Positions 1-12,099 of a DNA stretch of 64,000 bases are shown here, piece after piece (the first letter of the stretch is position 1; every line of letters begins with the position of its first letter). The notes beneath the pieces were generated by a model. The model ran no database searches and was not told where the DNA came from. It was given only the letters and a program-made list of their open reading frames with translations. The position numbers and the translations under genes are program-made. This DNA comes from Mustelus asterias. Taxonomy: Eukaryota. The stretch covers positions 496,001 through 560,000 of the forward strand of contig NW_027590261.1 in the NCBI RefSeq assembly GCF_964213995.1. Reading direction: 5' to 3'.

Positions 1-581
1 GACTCCGTACAGAAAATGACCCAAGCCGGGAACCGAACCCGGTCCCCCCCGGCGCTGTGCCACCGTGGGATCTGGATAAGGAAATCAAATGTAACATGTC
101 CTCAGCGGCTGGCGATATATAACTATGAGCTATGAGGAGGGTGCAGTGACTTGTGAGCTGTGAGGAGGATGCAGAGGGGCTTCAATGTGATCTGGACAAG
201 TTGTGTGAATGGGTGAACATGTGGCAGCTGCAGTACAACGTGGTTCAATGTACAGTTATATACGTGTGTAATGCACAAAACAATATATATTTGGAAGTGT
301 GATGTACAAATGGATCTGGGTATCCTTGTACACCAACCAATGAAATCGGAGAGGTATGTACAGCAAGCAATTAGGAAGGCCTTCGTTGCAAGAAGATTTG
401 AGTTCGGAATTAGGGAAGTCTTACTGCAGTAATGCCGGGTCTTCATAAGACCACATCTGGTGTAATGCGTGTAGATTTGGTCTCCCTCCCTAAGAAAGGG
501 TCTCTGGCGAGTGCAGCTGATACCCGGATTGGTGGGACTGTCCTATAAGGCGAAATTGATTCGACCGGGCCTGTATTCACT

Positions 582-709
582 TGACTGACCTGATGAAGGA
601 GCAGCGCTCGGAAAGCTCGTGATTCCAAATAAACATGTTGGACTTTAACCTGGCGTTGCGAGACTTCTTACTGTACCCACCCTAGTGCAACGCTGGCATC
701 TCCACCTCA
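582..709 (+). mobile_element. Penelope-like terminal fragment with a minimal hammerhead core
   Basis: CTGATGA (590)-AGGAGCAGCGCTCG-GAAA (611)-GCTC-GTGA; 10-bp target-site duplication TGTATTCACT (572-581 / 710-719). Confidence 0.7.
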
Positions 710-796
710 TGTATTCACTCGTGTTTAGAAGGATGAGAAGGTATCTGATTGAAATACATAAAATTGTGATTGAAACATTCAAAACATAAAAAACGA

Positions 797-1090
797 GGGC
801 GGTACAGTGGCACAGTGACTAGCACGGCTGCCTCTCAATGCCAGGGACCTGGGTTCGATTCCCACCTTGTGTCACTGTCTGTGCAGAGACTGCACATTCT
901 CCCCCTATCTGCGTGGGTTTCCTTCGGGTGCTCCATTTTCCTCCCACAGTCAGAAAGACGTGCTGATTCGGTGCATTGGCCATGCTAAATTTCCCCTCAG
1001 CGTACCTGAACAGGCGCTGGAGTGTGGCCATAGGGCCTTTTCAAAGTAACTTCATTGCAGTGTATGTCTACTTGTGCATTAATAATAAAT
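797..1090 (+). mobile_element. tRNA-derived V-SINE (HE1-like)
   Basis: A/B boxes (TGGCACAGTG..., GGTTCGATTCCC) and the V-domain GTGGGTTTCCTTCGGGTGCTCC. A minus-strand head of the same family lies at 1-65. Confidence 0.8.
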
Positions 1091-1479
1091 GAAGTTATGA
1101 ATAATTAAACGAATTCTAACAGGGCTGGGCAGGCAAGATGAAGGAAGGACGTTTTCGCTGGTTAGGTAGTCTCAAACCAGGGATGCAGTCACAAGACATA
1201 GGGTAGCCAATTTAGGACAGAAATGAGGAAATATTCATTCACTTCAGAGGCTAGTGAACATACGGAGTGCTCTAGCACTGAAGGCTTTGGATGTCATGCC
1301 ACTGAATAGATTCAAGAAATAAATCGATTTGTGATGAGATTTTAATGGTATCAGGGGGTGTGGGCAGAATCCAATAATGTGGCCTTGAGATAGGAAATAA
1401 TCCATAATCATGAAGACTGATGGATCAGGTTCGACTGGCCTCCTCCGGCTCCTAATTTCTATGTACCTAATGTTCAGTC

Positions 1480-1788
1480 AATGTTCTGAGGAACTGAGTT
1501 CAAATCCCGCCACGGCAGATGGTGGAACTTGAAATCAATAAAATCTATCTGGAATTAAGAATCTATTGATGACTATGAGATCATTGTTGATAGTTGTAAA
1601 AAATCTATCTCGTTTACCCATGTCTCTTTAGGGAACGAAATCTGCCGTTCTTACCTTGTTTGACCTACATGTGACTCCAGAGTCACAGCAATGTGGTTGA
1701 CTCTCAACTGCTCTCCACGGGCAACTAGAGATGGGCAACAAATGCTGGCCAGCCAGTAATGTGCAAGTCCCACGAATCAATAAAAAAA
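1480..1788 (+). mobile_element. Second SINE family with a LINE-shared 3' tail
   Basis: GAGTTCAAATCCCGCCACGGCAG...GTGACTCCAG...GGGCAACAAATGCTGGCC...A-tail. Other copies at ~14325-14660(+), 16233-16565(-), 28630-28975(+), 30590-30900(-), 39610-39950(+), 56050-56355(-). Confidence 0.65.
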
Positions 1789-3214
1789 GCTATGTTTAGC
1801 CTGTCTGTCCTACATGTGACTCCAGTTCCACAGTGATGAAGCTGACCCTTACGTGCCTCTGAAATTGTCAAAACAGCCATTCAGGTGTTTCAAAGCTGCT
1901 GCAGAAAGTCAAACACAAATAAAACCGACCAAGGGCAATAATTTCAAAAAGGCAGTTCACAACCCCCTTCTCAGGATGGGCAATAAATGCTGACTTTGTC
2001 AGTGATGCCCATATCCAGAGAATGAATAGAACAGTGCAAACTACTGCGAATTCCGGAAATCTAAAAGTAAAACAACAAAAAAGGCAGGTCAGCGGGCATT
2101 AGCAGTGGGTGAAACAGATTCTCATTTCAGGCCGATGACAGAATGTAAAATCTCATTGATAAAATTCAATATAACAGGACTGTTCTACCCAGTATCCTGG
2201 CCACTCATTCAACTAAAATCACAAAATGACTGTTCGTTTATCACATCTCGCTTTATGGGAGCTTGCTGTGCACCAAATACTTGCTGTCTGTCCAACATTG
2301 CAGCAGTGAATAACTTCAGCAAAATATATCAGTGAGTTTTAAATGGTTTGGGACGACCTAAGGTCAGGTAAAGCGTTATAAAAATGCAAGGCCTTTCCAA
2401 ATGTTATTATAAAATGCAAGAATTGATATGTTAAAAGCTCTGTGATTAATGCGATTATCGTCACTCCTCTGCCTGATGTTTTAACATGTCTAGTTTTAGT
2501 AGATTAAATCATCAATCAAATTGACATTCAGTGGAATATCAGCCTTTTCAAACATGTTTTATTTATTCTGACATCAGAACTTTCAGAACAAATTCTTGAT
2601 TAGAGGGTATTTTTTTATGTGAATTAAATAGCGTCTGGTCAAATGGGTATTCACGAAGCTTCTATTGATTTTGAACCTGCTGTCAATATACTTAAAAGAA
2701 ACCGCTAATTTGAATTGAAACTAATGAATAAATGACGGTTTATCTGGTTTTGCTGCCATGAACATCTCATTGTAACCAGTGAGGTGTTTATGTAAATAAA
2801 CACAGAAATAGAAATCCCAGATTAGATTTATTGATTGACAAAAACACAACAAATATTTCCCCATCAACACAGCACAGAAATAGAGACAAACATGCAAATC
2901 AATCATTGGATTCCAGTCGTGATTTTTTTTGGACATATGTTTTCATCAGTTATATGCGCAAAACAAGCTATGATTATCAATGTTCAAAATTAGGAAAGAT
3001 TCCCTCTAATCACAAAATATAAGGACACGGCAAATGTATTTGCGGCGATTTATTGTGCTTTATCTCTCTTTGTCTTTCTCCTCTCTGATTCTGTGTCTTG
3101 TTTTGTCTCTCCACGATGGGTCATTGTCTTTACTCAACAACTTCAAGTCAAACTCCAGCTAATATATTCTCTCAGGCCTATTTTCAGGCCTCTAACTAAA
3201 TGGATTTAATTCAA

Positions 3215-4800
3215 TCTATAGAGGGAGCTTTTCTCTGATATGTATCTCGATCATTCCCTGTATCTAACCCTTTCTGTCCCAGCGTCCAATTGTTTCAATG
3301 GACAGTGTAGAGATGTTTTTAACTGTTTCTAAACAGTCTTCATTTGCTGGAAATGCTTGATTGAGATAGTGTGGATGGAGTTTCACTTTTTATCTATCCC
3401 GTGCTACACCTGCTTGGGAGTGTTTCATGTTGCACTGTGGAGGGAGCTTTACATTCGGAGCCTAACCACATGCTACACCTGACCTTGGAATGTTTGATGG
3501 GACACTAGGCCCTGTTTCTATATTGCACTCATCTGTGACCTGTCTCTGCTGATGTTAAATTAACTAATCCCTGTTTCGGTTTATATTAAAGAAGATTTTG
3601 TCTCCGTTCACATTACACTAGACGTACTTTCTGTTTATAATAAACTAGATGCTGTCTCTGTTAATATTACACGTCACCATGTCTCTGTTCATATTGAGAT
3701 CGACAATGACTCTGCTTTTATTAATGTAGACCTGTCTCTGTACTAAACTGGATGCGGTCTTAGTTCTGCACTTGACCATGTTCATGTTCATTTTATATTG
3801 GGCACGGACTCAGTTATTACTGCACTGGACAATGCGCAATAATGTGAAAAGTGGCTATGGGAACATGATTCTCTGCATCCTCCTATAGGTACAACTCTGA
3901 CGGATGGAGACTAGTCTTGGGAACTGGAAAAGAAGAAGTGATATTTGAAAGCTCATTCTACTGACTGCATTGAAAATCGATATCAAATCCTGCGCAGCAT
4001 ACACTCTCGATCCAATACTTTCCGTTTCAATTCCGATTTTTTTAGCCCAGCATATTTATGCATTATATTATCTCTCTACCTCACAGAACCGTGGAGTAAT
4101 GTTAATGGAGCCATAGTTCAGACAGAGGCATACTATACAGCAGTATCAACAGTGACCTGGTCTCACGAAATATAGACAGAGTCAGGGTCAAATGTCATAT
4201 AAACAGGGGTTGGGTCGAGTGCATCATAAACTAAGCTCTGGTCAAGCGGAATATTAACAAAGACAGGATCTATTTTAATATAAACAGAGGCCTGATGCAG
4301 TGAAATAGAAATGAGGTCGTGCCGAGTGCTTTGTGGGAAGTTAAAGGCAAAATACTGGTATTACCAGAGACACCCACATCCCATGAAATAAATATTTGAA
4401 AAATATGAATGACATCAACGAGTACACGAAAAACTGAGATGGTGTCCAGTGCAATTTAACCGAATGCAGGAACTTGCGCGATATAAACTGAGATATATAG
4501 TGTCAATTACTGATACAGGCCTAAACCGATATTAATGGAGACAGAGCTTAGCGCATTAGCAGTAATTACTGATACAGATTCTGGACTGACATAAACTGAG
4601 ACAGAGTCCAGTGTGTTAGTGGTCATTACTGATGCAGTACCTAGACTGATAAAAACTGAGACAGAATTTAGTGTGTTATTAATGATTAGAGATACGATAT
4701 TTAGACTGATATGAACTCAGAAAGAGTCGAGTGCATTGGTAATAATCATGAATATGTGATCTAGACTGGCATACACTGAGATATGGACAATGCAGCAAAT
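3215..4800. repeat. Degenerate minisatellite arrays (~65-bp, ~31-bp and ~60-bp units)
   Basis: Units GGGAGCTTTACT..TATCTAACC..GTGTTTGATGGGACAGTGTAGA (3215-3510), CTGTTTATATTA..CTAGAC (3510-3830) and AAACTGAGACAGAGTCCAGTGT..ATTACTGATACAG (4430-4800). Paralogs at 19590-21520 and 33430-35390. Confidence 0.7.
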
Positions 4801-5044
4801 TAGAAGGATCACATGATGCAATAATACCAGAGGCAGGGCATAGTGTTGAATAAACAAATACATGCACTTGTGCAGCATTAACTAAAACAGTGTCGAGTTT
4901 ATTAGATCTAACGAACCATTTGAGTAATGACAGTGACCGAAACTTTTGTAACGCAAGAAGGATGTTGCTCCAGTATAGGAGTCACAGATAAAGGTTCTGA
5001 TGCAGTAGGAATTGAGACACAGTCTGTTCCCAGATTCAAGATTT

Positions 5045-5330
5045 AAAGCGTATTTATTAGTGTCATAAGTAGGCTTACATTCACACTGCAATGAAGTTAC
5101 TGTGAAGAACACCAAGTGGTCACATTCCGGCGCCTGTTTGAGTACACCGAGGGAGAATTTAGCATGGCCAAAATGCACCAAACCAGCACCTCTTTCGGAC
5201 GGTGAGTGGAAATCGGAGCACCCGGAGGAAACCCACGCAGACACAAGGATAACGTGCCGACTCCACACAGACAGTCACCCAAGTTGGGAATTGAACCCGG
5301 GTCCCTGGCACTGTGCCACCGTGCCGCCCT
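5045..5330 (-). mobile_element. V-SINE (HE1-like)
   Basis: Reverse complement of the 797-1090 family (GGAGCACCCGGAGGAAACCCACGCAGACAC). Confidence 0.8.
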
Positions 5331-5559
5331 GATTAGCTGAAACATATTTCAGCACAGTCATAATTCAGAAACCATCGTTAAAACAGGCCTTGGCTTCACT
5401 TATGAACAACTGATAATGAGCCGAGTAGAGAAATAACAGAGACAGGACATGCTGTAATGTGATTGGGACATGGCCTGTTGCAATGCAAACGGACGTGGGG
5501 GCTAGTTGAACGTAAGCAGAAATATGACATGTTCAAAATCATTTAATGAGGTTTTGGTG

Positions 5560-7450
5560 TCACTGGTAAAGTAGGATTTGTTGCCACTTCTATTTTTTCC
5601 TTTGAGAATGTGCTAGTGAGCCCTCTTCTTAAATCATTGCGTTCCATACAAGTAAGTACACATACAGTGCTGATGGGAAGGGGGCTGCAAGATTTTCATC
5701 CATTGACACTGAAAAAACAGTGATATAGATCCCAGTCAAGACGGTGTGGGGGTTTTATGGGCATTTGCAGATAATTGTGTTCTCATGCATCTGCTGTTCT
5801 TGTCATTTTAAGTGTCAGAGTTAATGTGTTTGGAAGTTGCTACCAAAGGATTATGTTGCTGCTATACAAGCTGTATATGGTTCACACGGCTAGAGTTGTA
5901 CATCTGTGATGCAGAGAGTGAATGTTTAAAGTGGTTGGTGGGGTGTCCATCCAGCCGCCTGCTTTTTACTGGGTGGTTTCGACCTTTCTGGGTGTTGGTT
6001 CAGGACCATACGCCAGGCAAGTGGAGAATATTCAATCACAATCCTGACTTTTGCCTTTATATGATGGATAGGTTTGGGAAATCTGGAGGTGAGTTACTTA
6101 GCGCACAATTCCCAGCATCTGACCTGCTTTTGTAGCAATATTATTTTCATGACTGTCCCAGTTCAATTTTCCATCAATGGTAATTCCCAAAATGATGATA
6201 GTGGGGTTTCGGCTGTAGTCATTCCATTAATGGCAAGCGGAGATGATTGCAATCTCCCTTACCTGAAAGGGTCATTGCCTGTCACTTGGGTGGCGCGAAT
6301 TTCACATGCCACTTCACAGCCAAAACCTGAATGTTTTCTAAGTCTTTCTGCTTACGGACACGGAGAGCTTCCGTATCTGAGAAGTTGTAAATGTGCTGAA
6401 CATCGTGCAATCATCAGTGAACATCCCACTTCTGAGCTTGTATTGAAGCATGAATGTTAGGCCGAGGGCACTATCCTGAGGAGTTCCTTCAGCAAATACC
6501 CTGTGACTGAGATGATTGGCTTTCAACAGCCACAACCATCTTACTCTGTGCTCGGTATGACTGAAGCCAGTGGAATGTTTTGTTTTCCCTCGGATCCCCA
6601 TTGACTGCAGCTTTGCTCGGGCTTCTTGATGCCACAATCGGTCAAGTGCTGCGTTGATGTCAAGGGCCGGCACTCTCACCTCACCTCATTAAAGCAGCTA
6701 TTTCCACCATATTTGGACTAAGCTTCAGTGATTTCTGGAACTGAGTTCCCCTAGTGGGACCCAAACAGAGCATCATTGAGCAGAATACTAGTATTTGTAG
6801 TTGTAGCAGCATTGTTATTATTATATTATTATTACTTTTTTAGATGATCCTTCATAGTTCCCATTACGTTGATCGAGTGAGGACGCATTGGGCGGTAGTT
6901 GGTCGGGTTGGATTTGTCCTACCTTCTGAAACAGGTCATGTCTGCCAATTCTCACACTGTTGTGTATGTGACCGTGATGTAGCTGTACTTGAAGAGATTG
7001 GCTGAGGCTCAGCTAGCTCCAGAGCACAAATCGTTATTATTATTGCTGAAATATTGTCAGGATCCATAATCTTTGCAGTATCCAATGCTTTCAGCACAGG
7101 GTTAGGCCACAGATCAATCATGATCATATTGCATGGCGGAGCGGGCTCCAGGGGCTGAATGGTCTACTCCTATTCCTATCCTCCATGTTATCATGTTGAA
7201 TGAGTTGACCTCCTTGGAGACTGGCATCTGTGATGTTCGGGGCATCAGGGAGAGGCCGAGATGGAACATCTTCTGGCTGAAGATGGCAGCAATTGTTTCA
7301 GTCTTGTTTCTTTTACCTTTTGCAGAGCTCCCCCATCATTAAAAATGGGGCTTTCGTTTGAGGCTCCTGCTGCAGTTACTTGTTTAAATGTCCATCACCA
7401 TTCAGGACTGTATGTGGCAGAACTGCAAAGTTAGGGTCCAGTGTAGTCTT
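5560..7450 (-). mobile_element. Old CR1/L2-clade LINE RT fragment
   Basis: ORF 6338-6679 has RT motifs (ALDIxAAxDRLWH, GxPQxSxLG, MFTDD). Paralogs at ~21990-22940 and ~35850-36800; related pieces at 8520-8750, 9760-10480, 47850-48270. Confidence 0.75.
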
Positions 7451-7689
7451 TATTGAGGCAGTGCCTTCTTCATGTAATGTAAACCATCAAGGTGCCAATT
7501 CCATCTGCTGGCAAAATTCTGCAATTACAGTTAGTGTAAATATATCGCTTTTGTCAGGTATGATTTATGATAGTAATATACAAATAATTCACATTCATAA
7601 ATGTAATACCATATCCCCTTCTGCGGAAACTCCCCAAATTTAAGGTGCAACGAATTATAGATGAGATGTACGTTGCTGAATAATACAGG

Positions 7690-8520
7690 TTAAGTTTTGT
7701 CCCGCCGGAATCTGTCTTGAGGTCTCAATTATTTACAATATTGATAACGGCTTAGATAATGACACAAAAAGTCAAATAATCCAAATGATAGATCAAGGTA
7801 GTTTTTAGAAGGCACAAAGTAAAATTTAGTGGATGCCCAGCGAGATTTGGGTGTTCAAGTGAATAGCTTCTTAAAATGCCACGAACTGATGCAGAAAATA
7901 GTCAAGCAGGTCAACGGAATTCTGGCCTTTGTATCTAAAGGACTGGAGTATAGCGATGCAGATCTTATGCTGCAATTATGCAAAATCCTGGTTAGAGCCC
8001 ACCTGGAGTACTGTGCACAGGTTTGGGCACCACACCTTTGCAAAGATTTTGGTCCTGGAGGGAGTTGAACGCACGTTCACAAGAATTAGCCCTGGCCTTT
8101 AGGGGTTAAGTTGCGAGGAGAAATTAGACAAATTGGGACTTTTCCTCTCGAATTCAGAAGGTTGAGGGGTGTTCTGACAGAAATCTACAAAATATTTACG
8201 GGTAGGGTCGGGCGGATCAATAAGTTGAAGGCTCTAGAATAAAGGGCCATAATTTAAAAAAAACAGGGCCAAGCCGTTCAGGAGAGTTGATGGAAAGTAT
8301 TTCTACGCACAGAGAGTGGTGGACTTTTGGAACTCTCTTCCGCAAAGGCCAGTGGGTGCTGGTTCAATTGTTAGATTTATCTCTGAGATCGATTTTTTTA
8401 TTGAACAGGGGTATCAAGGGATATGGGCCAAGGGCAGGTACATAGGGTTTGGCCACAGATCAGCGATGATCTTATGAATGGGGGGCGAGTTCGAGAAGCT
8501 GAATGGCCTGCGTCTGCTTT
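7690..8520 (+). mobile_element. CR1 LINE 3' fragment
   Basis: QRDLGVQV...ANGILAF...LVRAHLEYCAQVWAP. Confidence 0.8.
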
Positions 8521-10889
8521 TTTTATTCATGCTTGGGACATGGGCTTCGCTGGCTGGTCAACATTTATTCCCCATACCTAGTTGCCCTTGAGAAGGTGGT
8601 GGTGAGTTGCCTTCTTGAATCGCTGCAGTACATGTTCTGTGGGTAGACCCACAATGCCGTTAGGGAGGAAATTTAAGGATTTTGACTCAGCGATTGTGAA
8701 GGAACGGCGATATATTTCCAACTCAGGATGGTGAGTGGCTTGGAGGGGAAATTCTGCTCCTTTGTTCCTATGATGCCGGGTCAGCATCAAAGCATAGTGC
8801 CTCAATCCATGGTAATGTATATTTGTTCATTTTGGTTAGAAGGAGGAATGCTGACCAGGGCGCTGTTGGAGACAATGGGACCTTTAATGTTCAGTTCAGC
8901 AAACATGGTGCTGGGGAAAATGTATTTATTCTTCATTCCATCTGAAAGATAGTTGGGGTAATTGTCTCTTAAGCCCCCCAGGAAGCAAAGATGGAGTCTT
9001 AAGTTGAAGGAAAATATGTGTGTGTGTCAGTGTGTGTGTGCGTTGTCTGAAAAACGTCATATTGTTTACAAATCAATTTCACAATGATAACCAGCGTCCT
9101 TCCATTTAAAATAAAAAAAATAGACGCAGAGTAAACACATCAATTTCAGAATGGTTTCTTTTTCAAATGTCACCTTTGTTGATGACTGAGAAGGACAATT
9201 TTTGAGAGGTTGGCTCTGTTACAAGTGCTGCCCATGAAGCTACCAATTGTGGTTTTATGTTGTCGTTTTCTGTGTCATGAATGAGACTGAGGAGTTTTGA
9301 TGGAGAGCGACTTTTTCCCAAATATGGTAGTCCCTGCTCTGCTACCGGTGTTGAATGTCTTGATGAGATTGACGAAGGTAAAGATAAGTACATAGGGCAT
9401 ATAAAGCAGATATTTTCCAGAGTCAATTTTCCATTATAAACACAACATTGTGCTTCAGGATAATCCGGATCTTCAAACAGGTGAATGTTTTCAGATGTGT
9501 CACTGGCAATGATGTATATATATCTATAGTTGTTGCAGTGTCCTCTGGCGCCATTTTGTTCCCCGGTAGTGTTGTGCTTTTGAATCATGCATCTCCTGTG
9601 GCGCGCATCCTATCTTCCATTAAGAAAGAGGAGATCATAAATGTTCATAAAGTTGGTATTTATTTTCACCAATTGCCATCCATTCACAAAGTTGCATAAA
9701 TTTGCTCACCAGTTATCAACCATTCATAAATATTAATATATTTACGTTTTAATTTAAGGGATGTGATCTTTGCTGGCGAGGTCAACATTTGTTGCCTATC
9801 CCTAATTGCCCTTAATAAGATGGTGGGGAGCTACCTTCTTGAATTGCTGCGAAGCCTCTGGTGTATGTACTCACACAGTGCTGTTACAGAGGGTGTTCCA
9901 GGATTTCAATCGAGCGACAGTGAAGAAAGGGCGATATTTTTCCAAGTCAGTTATATGACTGACTTGGAGTGGAATTTACAGGTGATATTCCCAGGTAACT
10001 CTTACCCCTGTCCTTCCAAATGGTGACAGTCCTGTGGTTGGAAGGTGTTGCATAAGAAGTCTTGGTGAGTTCCTGAAGTGAAACTTGTAGATGATGTACA
10101 ATCCTGCTGTTGTTTGTCGGTGGTGGAGGGAGTGAGCATTTGCAAATGCTATGCCAGTCAAGCTTTGTCCTGAATGCTATAAAGCTTCTTGAATGTTGTT
10201 TGAGTTGCACTCATTCTAGCAAGTGGAGAGAACTCTATTACACTCCTGAGTTGTTGTTGGTGGTGGACAGGTTTGGGGAGTCAGGAGGTGAGTTACTCTC
10301 AGCAAGCTGACCTGATATTCCAGCCGGAGCATTTAAACATCCAGTTAATTCAGCGATTAGCCAATGGTAAACCCGACGATGTTCATAGTGGGTGATTCAG
10401 TATCGTAATATCATTGAATGACAAGGAGCAATGGGTAGATTCTCTCTTTTTGGAGATGGTCATTGCCTGGCGCTCATATAACTAATAATCTCCAAATCAC
10501 AAAAATAAATAAATAAATATTTCACAAATTATTTTCAGCAATTTAATTGGTACAAATATAGTTGCAGTTTATTTATTGTAGTTTATTGAGACTCAAATTT
10601 ATTGAGGTCACTTTGGCCTTTCTGTCACCAAAGTATAACATCTGTCCCAGAATTCAGCGGGAAGTCGAATCAAATCAGACCGAGGATAATGAGCAGCTAC
10701 CCAGCAGCCTCTGCGCTTTATTGACACGTAATCAGCTCATCATCACACATAAACCCCTGATATATAACTGGAGTGTGTAACCATTTTTAAAGTGACTGTA
10801 TAACTGAAAGTACCTGTATCTAATGTTATATATAATTTATAATATCTGATATGACGTTATAGAATCTTAAGATCCAGATTAATTATTCA

Positions 10890-11212
10890 TAGACAAAGAA
10901 TCTACAGTGCAGAATGAGACCATTGGGCCCATCGAGTCTGGAGCGACCTCAATCCTACCCAGGCCCTGTTCCCGTGACCCCTCATATTAACCCCACTAAT
11001 GCCCCTGACACGAGGGTTAATTCAGCATGGCCAATCAACCTGACCTGCACATGTTCGGACGGCAGGAGGAAACTAGAGTACCCGGAGGAAATCCACACAG
11101 ACACGGAGAGAAATTGCAAACTCCACAAATACAGTGACCCGAGGACGGAATTGAACCCGGGTCCCTGGCTTTCTGAGGCAGCAGGGCTAACCACTATGAC
11201 ACCATGCCGCCC
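10890..11212 (-). mobile_element. V-SINE (HE1-like)
   Basis: Head, V-domain and CR1-like tail on the minus strand. Confidence 0.8.
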
Positions 11213-11429
11213 TTGCACACTTACAGTGTACTGGAAAGTCATTTACCATTTGAGTCTGTCCAGTGAGTTTCACAATATTTCAATTGCCTCATTATTTTTT
11301 TAGCCTGTTACCTTCACATAGGTGATATGTTGAGTGATTTGTTGCACTAGAAAGGGCCACATGTTCCAAATATTACAATCCTCCCCCCTCAACCTAATCC
11401 CTCTTTCCATCTTGGATTTGAAGATTTTG

Positions 11430-12002
11430 AAGACATCGGTGAGGCTACACTTGGAATGCTGTGTACAGTTCTGGTCACCCTATTATAGAACGGATATTAT
11501 TAAACTAGAAAGAGTGCAGAAACGTTTTACTAGAATGCTACGAGGCCTTGTTGGTTTGAGTTGTAGGGAGGGGCTGGATAGACTGGGAATTTTTCTCCGG
11601 AGCGTAGGAGGCTTGGGGGGATCTTATCGCTGTCTATAAAATAATGAGGTGCATAGATCAGCTCGATAGTCAATATATTTTCCCAATGGTAGAGGAGTCT
11701 AAAACGAGAGGGCATAGGTTTAAGATGAGAGTGGAGAGATACAAAATGGTTCAGAGGGGATATTGTTTCACACAGAGTGTGGCAAGTGTCTGGAACAGGC
11801 TGCCAGAGGTAGTGGTAGAGGAGGGTACAATTTTGTCTTTTAAAAAGGGTTTAGACAGTTACATGGGTAGGATGGGTACAGAGGGTTATGGGCCAAACGC
11901 GGGAAATTGGGATAAGCTTAGTGGTTAATAAAAAGGACGGCATGGACAAGTTGGGCCGAAATGCTTGTGTCCATGCTGTCAACCTCTATGACTCTATGAC
12001 TC
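11430..12002 (+). mobile_element. CR1 LINE 3' end
   Basis: VRLHLECCVQFWSPYY...TRGHRFK...; (TCTATGAC)n tail; splits an exon of the gene relic. Confidence 0.85.
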
Positions 12003-12099
12003 TAGTCACCATCAGCAGATGGAAAAAAAAATCAGACTGCTCTTAGTTCATTTGTTCCCGATATCTCGGGGATTGAATTTACCGAGAAAATCTGGAAGG

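Larger units (their letters stand above)
70..1470 (+). mobile_element. Degenerate CR1-type LINE 3' portion, interrupted by a Penelope-like fragment and a SINE
   Basis: Decayed RT C-terminal motifs (QGDLDKL...WQLQYN..., RPHLxY, RMRRxLIE), matching the intact CR1 at 26745. Confidence 0.75.

Noticed and set aside
1785-1810. 3' end of a third VH pseudogene
   Set aside because: The match to ~17607-17625 is the start of a SINE-tail repeat, not V sequence.
4430-4800. Regularly spaced ~60-bp repeats as a CRISPR array
   Set aside because: Vertebrate DNA; the whole unit repeats with no unique spacers and no cas genes.
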